Source: Lepidodermella squamata
Lineage: Eukaryota; Animalia; Gastrotricha
DNA length: 64,000 nt
Assembly: GCA_047495785.1 (NCBI GenBank)
Contig: JBLDXI010000021.1
Span: forward strand, 1,054,001 to 1,118,000
Direction: 5' to 3'
Shown here: in pieces, positions 13,754-26,968 of the stretch
Numbering within the stretch: position 1 is the first letter of the stretch
How the letters are laid out: each line of letters begins with the position of its first letter
The notes under the pieces: model-generated
Databases searched by the model: none
The model's input: the letters and a program-made list of their open reading frames with translations, nothing else
Told to the model about the DNA's origin: nothing
Position numbers and translations under genes: made by a program

Positions 13754-14264
13754 AGACGAAAATCGGTTTAATAAATTATTATTTTTTCACCTACCGATCA
13801 AAAAGCTTAACGCAAATCTCAATACCGCTTTGTCCTCGTTAAATTTAACGGCGAATTAAAGAAATAATGTCTTGAAATATTGTCCGGCTTGGTATTGAAT
13901 GAGTCCTAAAAATTGCAGATTAAACCATAACTCGGGACACTGGACGTTGAAAAGGAAATGTATCGAGTCGGTCCATTCACCTGCAATGATTTCCGTTCTG
14001 AAATAATACGCCGAGTCACGCGATATTAAACTGCAAAAATGCGACATTTCGAATCTCACATTGAGTCCCTTTTTGCGTGCGTTTTTTTTTGCTATGGGCC
14101 ACTCTTTGATTTATGCCGCAGTAAAAAAGCGATGAAAAGGGCAGTTGTGCTGAATAGCGGCGCGATCTGGAGACGAAACAGCGTCCGAGAAACGAGAGAT
14201 GTTAATATAAATTTCTTGCAAAGGCGCATTTTTTCGATTTTAACCTGCTTATAGGACGCAAATT

Positions 14265-15555
14265 ATGCATCTGCGACTCGCTTTGGTATGTCTGCGATTA
14301 ATTGCGGCAATATATTGCTGAAGATCAATTTTTTCAGATTTTCCTCGCAATTGAATTTTCTAGTCAAGCCTCAGACTGGAATTACTTAGGTAAACTAATA
14401 TTTTTCCATTCTCACAAAAATAAATTCAATTTTTTTTAGACTTCAATGGCTGGTCACAGGTCAATCAAGTCTGTGGAGCCGGGAACAGGCAATCGCCTAT
14501 AAACATTGAAACTTCGCAAATTGTTGTCGATCAATGGCTAGCCCGCGATCCAGTCGTCTTTCAGTACTTTAGAGTACCTGGTGACTATGCTAACAACGGC
14601 TATACGGTTCAATTCACGATCAATTCGTCAGTCCCGCTAAATCAGCGGCCTAGAATTTACGGCGGCGGGCTTGGATCTAATTTCATTTTCGAACAATTCC
14701 ACTTTCACTGGGGTGAGCAAAAAAATTAACGAGTCAATTTTTTTCAAATTTTTTCAAATTTTTAAAATCTAATTAAATTGCGTAAATTAAATAAATTAAC
14801 AATTTTATTTTTAAGAATTTTAAATTTTATTTTTCTTTAAATTTCAGGTGATAACATGATGGCTTGCCGAGGTGCTGAGCACACAATCGATGGCCGGTCT
14901 GCTCCGGCCGAGGTTCATTTCGTTCACTGGAACGCTAAATATGGATCTTTCTCCGACTCGCTGAAATACCCGGACGGTCTCGCTGTAGTCGGATTCCTCT
15001 TTGAACCTGTCGATTATCACGGCAGTTTGAATACGGATTATTCCTTACCGGCCCAGCTTATTAGCCAGATTTCCCGGCCGGGACAAAAAAGTAATTCAAT
15101 TTTAAATCGCCAAGGGTTATAATAATTTTCATTAAATCCTAGTAATTGCCAATCTTGATCTAAATGCCTTGATCCCTCCTGCCGCCTATCAAGGATCAGG
15201 CGCTTTCTACCGCTATGACGGATCTCTAACAACACCTCCTTGGTATACATTCAGCTATTTTCCCCCTTCGATGATGTTTTGGTACTTTTACAGTGCTGAA
15301 GTTGTGATCTGGACGGTTTTCGACTATCGCGTTCCCATGCTGACGTCGATGCTTAATCAATTTCGAACTGCTGTAGCAAGCGAAACGGCCTATGCTGGTC
15401 GGCAAACGACAATTGTCAACAACTACAGGCCGGTTCAAAGGCTGAACCGGCGCGTTGTTCGAGCCAACCGGTACCCAGATTCGAAGGCATCTCTAGCTCA
15501 AGGAAGCTGCGTCACCGTTGTAGGACTGGCTTTGTTCCTCGCGTTTTTCTCATAA
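14265..15555 (+). CDS. CA5: alpha-carbonic anhydrase, GPI-like tail
   Basis: MHLRLAL|IFLAIEFSSQA signal; NNGYTVQ, QFHFHWG, GAEH, EVHFVH, GSLTTPPC, NNYRPVQ. Confidence 0.92.
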
Positions 15556-15929
15556 AATCTCCTAAATTAGCAAAATAATCATGACGACAAGTAATTGTAA
15601 ATCAAGCTGATAAAAAATTAGAATGTTTTTGAAATTCGAAATTAAAGTAAAAATCTTACCCGTTTTGAATCGATTCGCATTTTTTCTTGCATTTTCTCAC
15701 ACCAATTAACCTATTTGCGAGGACAAGATTAAAAGAGGTGTGTTGACTCACAATTTTTTTTAGTTAAAAAAACAACAACTAAAAGGTGCGGAAAGCGCGC
15801 GCTCAAATGGGCTCTGGGCTCCCTTTCAGTGTGGGCAAATATTTAAACAAAACCAAAAAATGGAACGAGCCTTGGGCGATCTGGAAAGGGCTCACAGCAT
15901 TGAAAGTGGGTACAGCTGTTGGATAAACA

Positions 15930-17160
15930 ATGTTTCGAGGCGTCAATTCGGTAAGGGAGTAAACTTTCAAGGTTAATTTTCAGCAATCATCAATCATTCC
16001 AGATTTTCCTGTTAATTTCTGTGGTATCCGGTCAAACGACTTGGAATTATCTTGGTACCCTATTTAGCGCCGATTTTCTCATTAACCTTTGTTGATATTT
16101 GAACATATGAAGATTTAAATGGCTGGTCGCAGGTTAACCAAGTTTGCGGCTCAGGAAACAGGCAATCACCCATCAATATCGAAACCCCCCGTGTCGTAGT
16201 AGACGGGCAGTTGGCAAAGGATCCCTTCGTCTTCCAATATTTTAGAGTTCCCGGCAACTATGCGAATCTAGGCTTCACCATCCAGTTTACAATCAACGCG
16301 TCTGTGCCAATTGATCAGCGACCTCGAATCTACGGCGGTGGGCTTGGTTCAGATTACATTTTCGAACAATTTCACTTTCATTGGGGTTTGCTGGTTTTTT
16401 CGAATTAATCTAAAAAATCAAATTTTAACTTGAAGGGGACAATCCAAAGGCCTGCCAAGGTGCCGAGCATACAATCAATGGCCGGTCAGCGCCCGCCGAG
16501 GTTCATTTCGTGAATTGGAATTCAAAATACGGCACCTTTGCCGAGTCATTGAAATATCCTGATGGCCTAGCTGTATTAGGATTCCTGTTCGAACCAGTCG
16601 ATGATGCTAGCAAGCTGGACACCAACTACTCGTTACCCGCTCAGCTAGTTGGCCAAATAACCCAACCGGGTCAGAGAGGTAAAGATAAATTCTCAATTCA
16701 TGAGAGAAAAATTCCAAGTTATATTTAATTTCAGTAATGGCAACATTTGAACTGAACAAGTTGATTCCTCCCGTAGCCTATCAAGGATCGGGTGTCTTTT
16801 ATCGCTATGATGGCTCGTTGACTAACCCACCGTGGTATTTTTTCATTAAGATTTGCATCTCTTTTCGGTAATAATTTCATTTAAATGTATAGTGTTGAAG
16901 TGGTTACGTGGACAGTGTACGACTACAGGGTGCCAATTTTGACTGCCATGCTGGCTCAGTTTCAAGCCGCAATGGCCCCCTCGACGGCTAACCCGGGCAA
17001 CAGTAGACAAATGGCATTGATCAACAACTACCGACCGGTTCAAAAGCTGAATCAAAGAATAGTTCGCGCGAATCGCGACCCATCTTCATCTGCCTCGAAA
17101 TTATCGACTTCATCGTTTACAACGGCTATGGGTTTTATCATAATTTTTCGAAGCTTTTGA
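15930..17160 (+). CDS. CA6: alpha-carbonic anhydrase, GPI-like tail
   Basis: NLGFTIQ, QFHFHWG, GAEH, EVHFVN, GSLTNPPC, NNYRPVQ; six GT-AG exons. Confidence 0.9.
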
Positions 17161-17562
17161 ACTTCATTTATCAATGTGCAATATGTTGAAGCTTCAATCA
17201 GAGACAAATTAAGAAAGGCCAAGAAATTAGCTGTTTTTCCGTAGGAACTTTTTGCTGATATTTGTTTAATAAGAAACTGAACGAATAAAAATCGTATTAT
17301 TTTTAAAATTTCTGCACGGTTTCTGAATTTAGTTCAGGACTGGGCTGCTCATCAATATTGATTCATAAAACCAATAGGACATGATTTTCCCGTTTAAACT
17401 GGTTTGCGTGATTACTTTTTCGGCCAGCCCAAAAATGCGACAAAAACTTGAGTAAAATCTCCGATTTTTTCTGAATTATGCTAATTATATGGCACAAATC
17501 GCTTACTTTTTTGCTATTTTTTGCTACTCTGAGAAATATAACCTTACAATTTTTTCCAAAAA

Positions 17563-18802
17563 ATGCTACGCATCTTGCTAACCATTTCATTGGTAGGTTG
17601 AAAATCGAACAATATAAATTTTAATAAGTTTTATTTGTGATTAAATTGAACAGCTGACCTGCGAGGTTTCGTCTCAGGCACCCTGGAGCTACACAGGTTA
17701 TTTTTCGAAAAAAACTGAAGTGAAACTTGCATTATTCTTTATTTTCAGATGCAAATTCCTGGTCTCAGGCCAACCAGGTCTGCGGTTCGGGAAACCGCCA
17801 ATCGCCGATTAACATCGACACGTCTCGAGTTCAAATTGACTGGTTACTATCCGGGGACCCATTGATATTTCAGTACTTCAAAGTTCTGGGCGAATATTCA
17901 AATACTGGTTTTAGCATTCAGTTCACGATTGATTCAACTGTTCCTGTCGATAAAAGACCTCTCATTTACGGAGGCGGTCTTGGGTCAATTTTCATTTTGG
18001 AGCAGTTTCATTTCCACTGGGGTAATTTATCTAAAAAAATTTGAATTATTAATTCATTATTTTTAATTAGGCGACAACCGAACTGCATGCCAGGGTGCGG
18101 AGCATACAATTGACGGCCGATCCGCCCCGGCCGAGGTTCATTTCGTGCACTGGAACGCTAATTACGGGTCATTTCAAAATGCTCTCAACTACACGGATGG
18201 CCTAGCTGTGGTTAGTTTCTTATTCGAGCCAGTTGACCAAACAAATATTCGACTGGAGACTGACTATCCGGCTTTGGCCAATACGTCCAGCTTAATCTCA
18301 CAACCAACTGATAAAAGTTCTGTTTAGTTCTAGGACTAAAATATTTGTTTACTATTCAACTATTTATTAGTTTACCTACTATTGGATTTGAATGCCCTGT
18401 TGCCTCCAGTTGCCAAGCAGGGTACAGGGACCTTTTATCGATATGAAGGATCCCTCTCAACTCCACCGTGGTAAACTTAATTCGCGATTTCCGCAATTTA
18501 AAAAAATCAAAAAATTTTCCAGCGCCGAAGTGGTGACTTGGACTGTTTTCGATAATCGAATACGTATCCCGGCAGAAAGTTTGGATCAATTTCGAAAAGC
18601 CATCGCCAATCCTTCATTTTACGGAGGTCGTTCGTCGAATATTGTCAATAATTACCGGCCGGTTCAAAAGCTGAATCGAAGGTTGGTTCGCGCAAATCGC
18701 TATCCGATGCCCATATCAGCCGGCAAATGCGCCCGGAGTTCAGGACTTCTCGGCAGCATTCAGAACTGGATTCCTAATTTTCTTACAAATATATTTTTCT
18801 AG
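17563..18802 (+). CDS. CA7: secreted alpha-carbonic anhydrase (Thr199>Ser)
   Basis: MLRILLTISL|LTCEVSS signal; QFHFHWG, GAEH, EVHFVH, GSLSTPPC; tail ends NWIPNFLTNIFF. Confidence 0.9.
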
Positions 18803-18813
18803 ATTGCTGGTCC

Positions 18814-18858
18814 TTTACATGATTTTACATGAATTTACATGAATTTAAATGATTTTAT
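18814..18858. repeat. 10-bp tandem repeat in CA7 3' region
   Basis: tttacatgat tttacatgaa tttacatgaa tttaaatgat. Confidence 0.6.
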
Positions 18859-19697
18859 ATTTTATCCATAATTTGGTGGATTATTTTTGGATTTGTGTAC
18901 CTAATTAATTATTTTATTTGTAATAAATTTCAATGGATAGGGCCGAATGAGCGTCTCATTCAATCGGAAAATTATCTAAATTTTCAGAATTTATTTTACC
19001 ATATTTGCTGAAATACAGTAAAAGTCGTGTAAACCGGACTAGCAGCGCGCCAGGCAAAATCGTCCGCTTTAGAGCATATCCGGTCTAAACGACCACCGGA
19101 CTAGGTCCGGCTTAGGAAATCGAGGGAAATCTAGGAGCTGCGATGCTGTGTTCGATGGTATGGATGCTGAACATTTGAAAAGAAAATTCCCGAGCAGTGC
19201 GAAACGTGCCATCTAAAAACCAACGTTTAGCTTGCGAGCAAGGCGCCTAAATCCGTTTTTCGTAATTGCCAAGACGACGAAGCTTTGCTATTCATTCTGG
19301 TACATGTCGTCGTATAAAAACGGCTGTCCACCTCGAGTCTTGATAAACCCTCAGGCATGTCCGGTACGTTGATAGCCCTTACTTCACACCCATTCGATCG
19401 ACTACAACAATTCGCTGATAATGTTTGAATAAAAAAACTTATCTTTGATCAGATGTAATATGAAATATTGAAACATCTTCCGGATGAGCTTCTCATTGAT
19501 TTAGAAAACCATAGTAGGACATGATTTTCCTGCTTTAACTTGTTTGCGAGATTATTTCTTCGGCCAGCCAACAAAATGTGAAGGAACGTGAGTAAAATTT
19601 CCGATTTTCCCTAAATTATGCTAAATATTTGACAAAAATCGCTTGCTTATACAGTTTTTGCCAGTCTGAGATATAGCCTTACAGAATTTCCAAAATC

Positions 19698-20842
19698 ATG
19701 CTGCGCATCTTCCTAACCATTTTATTGGTAGGTTGAAAAATCGAACAATAAAAATGTATACAAAATCATTTGTGACTGAATTGGACAGCTGACCTGCGGA
19801 GTTTTGTCTCAGGCACCTTGGAGCTACACAGGTTATTTTTCGAAAAATTATGATGCAAAATTTGCAGCAACCTTGATTTTCAGATGTAAATTCATGGTCT
19901 CAGGCGAACCAAGTTTGCGGATCGGGCAATCACCAATCGCCTATTAATATCGACACGTCTCGAGTTCAAATTGACTGGTTGCTATCCGGGGATCCATTGA
20001 TATTTCAGTACTTCAAAGTTCTGGGCGAATATTCTAATACTGGTGTCAGCATTCAGTTCACGATTGATTCAACCGTTCCCCTAGCTAAAAGACCTCGCAT
20101 TTACGGAGGCGGTCTTGGATCAACTTTCATTTTGGAACAGTTCCATTTCCACTGGGGTGATTTATCTAAAAAAATTTGAATTTTTGAGGTCTTCTTTAAA
20201 TTTAGGTGATGCCCGAACTGCATGCCAGGGTGCGGAGCATGCAATTAACGGCCGATCCGCCCCGGCCGAGGTCCACTTTGTACACTGGAACGCTAATTAC
20301 GGGTCATTTGAAAATGCCCTCAACTACACGGATGGTCTCTCTGTGGTTAGTTTCTTATTCGAGCCAGTTGACGAAACAAATATTCGACTGGAGACTGACT
20401 ACCCGGCTCTGGCTAATACGTCGAGCTTAGTCTCAAAACCAAATGATAAAAGTTCTGTTTAATTCAAGAGCCAAAATAATTTTTACAGCTTTTATTTTTT
20501 ATTAGTTAACCTTCTATTCGATTTGAACGCACTATTGCCTTCAGTTGCCAAGCAGGGTACAGGGACCTTTTATCGCTATGAAGGATCCCTCTCAACTCCA
20601 CCGTGGTAAATTTGATTCGCCATTTCCGCAATTTCTGAAAAGCACAATTTTTCCAGCGCCGAAGTGGTGCCGAAGTGGAAATTGTCAATAATTACCGGCC
20701 AGTTCAAAAGTTGAATCGACGGTTGGTTCGCGCAAATCGCTCTCCGATGCCGGCATCGGCCGGCAAATGCGGCCAGAGTTCAGGACTTCTCGGCAGCATT
20801 CAGAACTGGATTCCCAACTTTCTTGCAGACTTGTTTTTCTAG
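19698..20842 (+). pseudogene. CA8: recent duplicate of CA7, disrupted in its last exon
   Basis: Near-identical to CA7, but 105 bp of the last exon are replaced by 11 bp (ccgaagtggaa). This frameshifts to TGA at 20712-20714; the ancestral stop is at 20840-20842. Confidence 0.85.
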
Positions 20843-20931
20843 AATTGTGGTCCTTGAATTTATATTTTATTTTATTCATCTGCCACTATTTCGTTTATTA
20901 TGCTACGTTAATTATTACTGGACCTGCTTAA

Positions 20932-21868
20932 CCCTCCAGCGCCCACGGATGCGCGTGTCTATGTGCGCGTATACACGCAATGGCGTTTTTCGGTGATTTG
21001 GCGGGTTTACACGCCGACTTGGACGCGTAAACCCGCTTTTTCCAAAACTCGACGTCTATACCCGCAAGTTGCGAAAAAAATTACTAAGACGTCTCGACAC
21101 GCTAAAGAGGCGTCTTCACACGCAAAAATTGAGGCGCCTAAACACGCCCATATGCTAATTTTATTCATGATTTTGACCAGTTTTATTCGGAAATCGCAGG
21201 AATTTCAACGATCTTCGCTAAAATCAACAATAATCAATCACTCGGCTTGCAAATTAAAAAAAATTCAATTAAAAATGATAAAAATAAATAGTTCAGGTTT
21301 TCATTGATTGGCAAGGTAGCGTGCGATGTCGAAATCAGGCCGCTTGCGCAATCGATTTGATTGTTTTCGGTATTGATAGCCAGCGCTGTATTCAGCAGGT
21401 TCACCTTGTGCTCTTGCGCCAGAAGCCGTGGAGATGCCAGTTGAATTGCCAGAAAAAAATCAGAATATCTCAAAAACTAAATATCGATGAAACTCTGATT
21501 TTTTTCAATGCATTCAGCTCGCGTTTTATAGCTATTTTTGCCCTAGTTAATGTCTTTGGCGTCTTGTGACGCAACATTGTTCGCGTGTGAACACGCACTA
21601 GCTGTGTGACCATTGTGGCGTGTTAAGACGCCAACTTTGCGTGTTAAGACGCACCATAAGCGTGTAAACCAGCGATTAGGCACTTGCCAACTTTGCGTCG
21701 ACAGAGGGCACAGGTGTTTCAGCAAAAAAATTTCGGGGTCGATATTTTTCATCGCAATCATTGTGAAATAAATTATCAGGTGAAAAGAAAAGGCTGACTG
21801 ATAAAATCTGAATTTCTCGGGTATTAAAAGTGAAAAACGCGTGTATACACGCCGTGGGCGCTGGAGGG
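20932..21868. mobile_element. piggyBac-like non-autonomous element (937 bp)
   Basis: TTAA TSD at 20928-20931 and 21869-21872; perfect 17-bp TIR CCCTCCAGCGCCCACGG; absent from the homologous CA7 3' flank. Confidence 0.88.
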
Positions 21869-22309
21869 TTAAAATTTTATTTTAATTGTAATAAATTTCG
21901 CTGGGTAGGGCCGAATGTGTGTCTTATTTGAACTTACAGGTAACATTTGTTCTCAAATTTCAGAAATAATTTACGTGTTACCTGCATCAACTTCTTCACC
22001 GTAGAATTTGAACCGCGGCCGTGACGTTAGGTATTATTGCAGGTAACCCTTATTTTAAACTCAAATTTTGTCCTCAAAAAAACAGAACGCCGCTTTAATG
22101 CATAGCAATTAAAGACGCATTATACTCCAATGATAATGTTCGCAAGTGATATATTCCTTATATTAAAAGGCAGTTTTTTTCGCACTCCCCTGAGTGAAAA
22201 AAATGATGGACGCGGTCAGTGCCGGTACTAATTGGAAATTCTGATGCCCATGTATAGTGGTTGACTCGGCTCATTTGACCTGTTTCGTGGGCGAAAAGCA
22301 AAGGCAATA

Positions 22310-23760
22310 ATGCGCTGCTACTTGGTTTGTAATTTTTTTGAAAGATGAAATTTCCACATATCCACTTTGCGCAGATTTTGCTGCTGATCAAAGCCTCGAC
22401 CCAGGCGCCTTGGAGTTACACAGGTATAATTTCAATTACAGCCTCTTATCAAATTTTATCGATTCGACTAAAGATTTAAACGGCTGGTCCCAGGTGAATC
22501 GAGTATGCGGCGCTGGAAATCGCCAATCGCCCATCAACATCGAAACATCGCGAGTTCTCGTTGACCAGAAACTAGCGAGTGATCCGTTGGTCTTTTGGTA
22601 CTTCAAAGTTAACGGCGAGTTTGTCAACACTGGCTACACCATTCAGTTCAACATCGACACGTCGTTACCAGCCGGCGGCCGGCCGTACATCTCAGGCGGC
22701 GGGCTTGGATCCAACTTCATCCTTGAACAATTCCATTTTCATTGGGGTTGGGTTTGGATTAAGGAAGATTTTTTACCGAATAGCTTTTCCAGGTGACAGC
22801 CCGAATGCTTGCCGCGGCGCTGAGCACACAATTGACGGCAAATCAGCCCCGGCCGAGGTTCATTTCGTTCACTGGAACTCGAAGTACGGCACATTTGCGA
22901 ACGCCCTGCAATACCCTGATGGCCTTGCTGTCATTGGTTTCCTTTTCGACCCTGTTGAGACAAGCCCGACGCCGCTAGATACCGACTACATCTCACTTGC
23001 TAAGTTGATCACCTCCATCCCTCAGCCCGATCAAAAAAGTTGAATTTTTGTGCCGAAAATCTTATTTATTTTCAATATTTACTTCAGCGTATGTCCTGCT
23101 TGATTTGAACGCCTTGTTATCGGCCCAGGCTAAGCAAGGAACAGGTGTTTACTACCGTTATGAAGGTTCCCTTACTACACCCCCTTGGTAAGGATCGTTT
23201 GAAAATATTTCCTATTATTGAAATTAAAAATTTATTGTAGCGCTGAAGTTGTAATTTGGACTGTTTTCGACTACCGCGTTCCTATCCCAACTTCGAGTTT
23301 GAACCAGTTCCGCGATGCGATGGCCAGCGCTGCTGCTTACGGCGGCCGGGAATCGAAAATCGTGAATAATTACCGCCCGGTCCAGAGTGTTAACCAGCGA
23401 ACTGTTCGAGCCAATCGCAACCCGGCGCCGTCGATGAGTGGCTGTTCGAACAACGCTCAGCCTTTTAACTTTGGCGGATTTCCGAGTCTCGGAAACCTGA
23501 GGCAGCCTGCTTCAGATGTTGGCCGATTCGCAAACCTGGGCCGAGCTGTTCCTGCGCTGGGGAACCTTGGGAATCAGGGCCAAGCTGGTTCGGGAGTGGG
23601 GACACTCGGGAACTTGAACCAACTCGGGAATATTGGTAATACTGCTGCTGGATTGAGAAGCCTTGGAAACCAGGCTCAAGGTAGCTCGGGTCAGTCGAAC
23701 TCCGCCGGCACAGGTCTCGGCAATTGGCTGCCCAATTTCTTCAATAACAATTTCTTCTAA
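22310..23760 (+). CDS. CA9: secreted alpha-carbonic anhydrase with Gly/Asn-rich low-complexity tail
   Basis: QFHFHWG, GAEH, EVHFVH, GSLTTPPC; His64>Tyr; ~110-aa tail with LGNL repeats ending [12 protein letters not shown]. Confidence 0.92.
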
Positions 23761-24357
23761 GGAACAAACAAGTTTCCGGGAACTAATTCGTTCTTTGACC
23801 TGATAAAAATGCCGTTTATTTGTTGAATTTTTTACGTTGCTAAGTTTTTGCTTTCCTTGAAATTTAAAATCTTGAAAAAATCATGATTACCGTCAGCGGA
23901 ATATGGGAAAATAGCGCCAAGTAAATATGACATTTTATTCCCGATGCGGACTCAGGTTGTTGGGAACTTTTTTCATTTTCCGGTGCCGCTTAATGCATTC
24001 TTACTTGCTACAAGTTTGACTCATGTTTTCAACTAAATTAAGCCTTTATTTATACCTAAGATATTCCTTTAAATATTCCGCACAAGCAAAAAACGGCTAG
24101 AGCTACATCGTGACGAACAAGTAACGTTATACATGAACGTATCTGATGCCAGTAAGGGTATAGAAAAATTAAAAAATGCCATGACAGGGTGCGGTTTATT
24201 TTTCACGAATTTTGTCTTCACTATTCTTTTGTGAAACCTGGAATAATGAGATTGAACTGAAACGAAGTTTTATCAATTGCAGTAAGATGATTTAATAGGT
24301 AATACCCGGACCGTACTCGAATCGAAACATGATGAACAGTTTGTCAACGCCCGTCGC

Positions 24358-25453
24358 CTACCCGGTTTGGACCCGATTGGCGCGCACTGTACGGCCGCTT
24401 AGAGGGTAATTCAAAGTTCGGCGGGTGTTGATCAAGTCCGCGTCGCCATCACCGTCGAGCCCTTTGAACGACGAAATCGATAGGATGTAGATAGGTCGCC
24501 CGTAGACAAACCACTTGACGCCCTCAGTGCCTGAGAAAAATGGAAACAATTTGCTTTGCAGATCAGAGCAGAAAGTGGCATACATGGTGGGAAGGTCAGC
24601 GAGCCTGTGTATTTGTAATACTTTTCCGAGGACGCCCAATTTGGTAGGAGGGTTCCAAAGTTCAAGCTGAGCGATACGCTTGAATTCGGCTGCCGAACAT
24701 TTTTCAGCTGGCTGAAAACTGGCCGCCATGATACAGCTCCCGAAGCGTCATTACTAGGTTCTGCATTGAACAGGAAAGCCGTCACTGCTATGCCGTCAGC
24801 CTTGCCCTCCGCCACGGCGTAGTTGCTGTACTTGGCGTTGAAGTGCAGGAACTGAACCTCGCCAGCGCCCTGCTTATCATCGATAAAGTGCTCGGATCCG
24901 CACGTTTTGTACTTTTCGCATTTAGTAGCATTTAGATCGCCTGGTGAGAAAATGTATAAAATATAACATCGCTTCAATTCGCCTGTTTTTATACCCCAGT
25001 GGAGAATGAAGCGATCGAAAACGAATGTGCCCTCGTTAATCGTAATTTTAGGCCGGCTGCCTTTGGCCAGGCCTTCATCGGCGACGAACCTGACGTGTTT
25101 GCCAGTGTTTTTGAGTTTCCCAGAGACTTGAACGCCGTAGTTGCCCATTTCGAGCTTAAGGCTAGGCTGGACTGTTGGAGCTGGATCCCGGAGTGTGATA
25201 TTAATCGGCGACTGTTGAGTGCCACTGACACATACCGGACTGACGTAAGCCCAGCCGGGCAGGTCTAAAACAGTAGGCGAAAATTATGAGCATAATTTTA
25301 CTTTCGCTACCCTCGACTTTACCATCGTAGTTCCAGTCTTGGGCAACAGCAGCCGCAGATATCGCCACCGCCCCAAAAATCAGCTAAAAAATAATAAATA
25401 TATCATGGTAAGGAACCGAGCTGCATGGTGAATCCTACCTTTGAGAAGAACAT
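24358..25453 (-). CDS. CA10: secreted alpha-CA-related protein (predicted acatalytic)
   Basis: MFFSK|LIFGAVAISAAAVA signal; FDRFILHWG (His94>Ile), GSEH, EVQFLH (His119>Gln), GSLTFPPC. Confidence 0.9.
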
Positions 25454-26340
25454 TCCTAGATGAAATCTGTTTAATTTGACCGACAATTGCCTTATGGCAG
25501 GCACGTTGCGCCAGCACTTGTCAAGGAAATTGGGTTGCACTTCCTGCCCGCCGACCTTTTTGTTTTTGTTACAGCTAAGGTAGTGAATCTGAAAAAATGA
25601 AGCTGGAAGGTGCGTAATCTTCCGCAAAAAACTGCACAAACGTCGACAAACATCTATAAAAATATCTTAAATGTCAAGTTACCTCACGTGGATAAATTTG
25701 AGGAAGCTAGGAAGATGAGGCTATAAGATGCTCAATAAAGACAATTGAGCACGTTTCTCCGGGCGCATAGTAGTTTAGCATGGCCGCTTGTTGCCGAAAA
25801 TATCTATCCCGGCGGTTTTCGAGTGGATGCAAAATCCACCTTTGTGAGGTGTCGGCTTGGACACTGTTAGATTCTTCATGAAACAAGCTTTCCGTAGACA
25901 TACAAAACGCATACTTTTGATCATGCCATGTCGGAAAAATTAGTTCTAAACTTAAAAGCCTTTTACCTTTTATTCTGATTTTTCTAAGCAATTGAAAATT
26001 GAGCGTTGAAAAGTGTAATGCTTCTGCGGCGATTTTTCAATATTTCTTACAAAGCACGCCGAGTTCGTTGTTTAGCCTTTCTGAACTAATAATTTTAAAT
26101 TCCAAATTCTTCAGTTTCAGACCTGGTTGCTTTCTTTTTCGGCAAGAATGGGGGAATTCAATGTGGCTACTGAATCGTGGGAAATTCTTACCATTTCAGA
26201 TTCCTTTGGAGGCACTGGTGTAACGTCTACTGTTTTGAGCTTGCAGCTAGATTCCTCACCTAAAACTACCCCTTAAAAAACAACTGAGTGCGTTAGGTCA
26301 AATTATTAGTGTGTGCAGTGTGTGCAGTGTGTGCAGCTAA

Positions 26341-26485
26341 TAAGGGAATACTATATGGCAAACCATGGAGAAATTTCAATTCCCCCCTCTCTGTGAGTGA
26401 ACCCCGAGTGAGTTTGGCGCAGCCAAACGAATCGAGGGGTTCCAGAGAGGGGGGAAATTATATTTCTCCATAGAGTATTCCCTTA
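26341..26485. mobile_element. Short hairpin MITE
   Basis: Terminal taagggaatact/agtattccctta plus inner atggagaaatttcaattcccccctctctg/cagagaggggggaaattatatttctccat. Confidence 0.6.
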
Positions 26486-26968
26486 ATGTAAGCCAATAAT
26501 TGAGGAAACTCTTAGAGAATAGAGTCACCTCATAGAGAATAGAGTTACCAGAGATGAAACTCCTATTGGAAACTTGAAGTTTTAATTCTTTTGCCGATTT
26601 CGTAAAATTTCATTATGGCGGATCTTTTTGAAAAACGCGCATACATGTTTACATGTAAAAATGGGTGTTTTTCCACGCGCTATACCCACTATCCCTCATC
26701 ATGGAATTTCGATTTTTTTATTTTAATCGATGGGGATTGGTTTCAACTTCAACCAGTTCAAAGGAATCGGCTGGGAAATGAATGGTTTTGACGCCATAGC
26801 GGTTTTCCCAAAGGTCACTTTTTGGGGGTTCAAAAATGGGTGTTTTCGGCTTGACCCCACGGCCACATCCTTGATCGGACTATCGTTTTCTTTCTGTTAT
26901 ATCTCTATAAAGGGTCAGAGTTTTGGCTGCGATTTTCAGAAATACAAGTTTGGGATGCGCTCTATCAG

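Noticed and set aside
19016-19480. TA-CAGTAAAAGTCGTGTAAACCGGAC, a Tc/pogo-like left end between CA7 and CA8
   Set aside because: No matching right TIR found; at most a truncated relic
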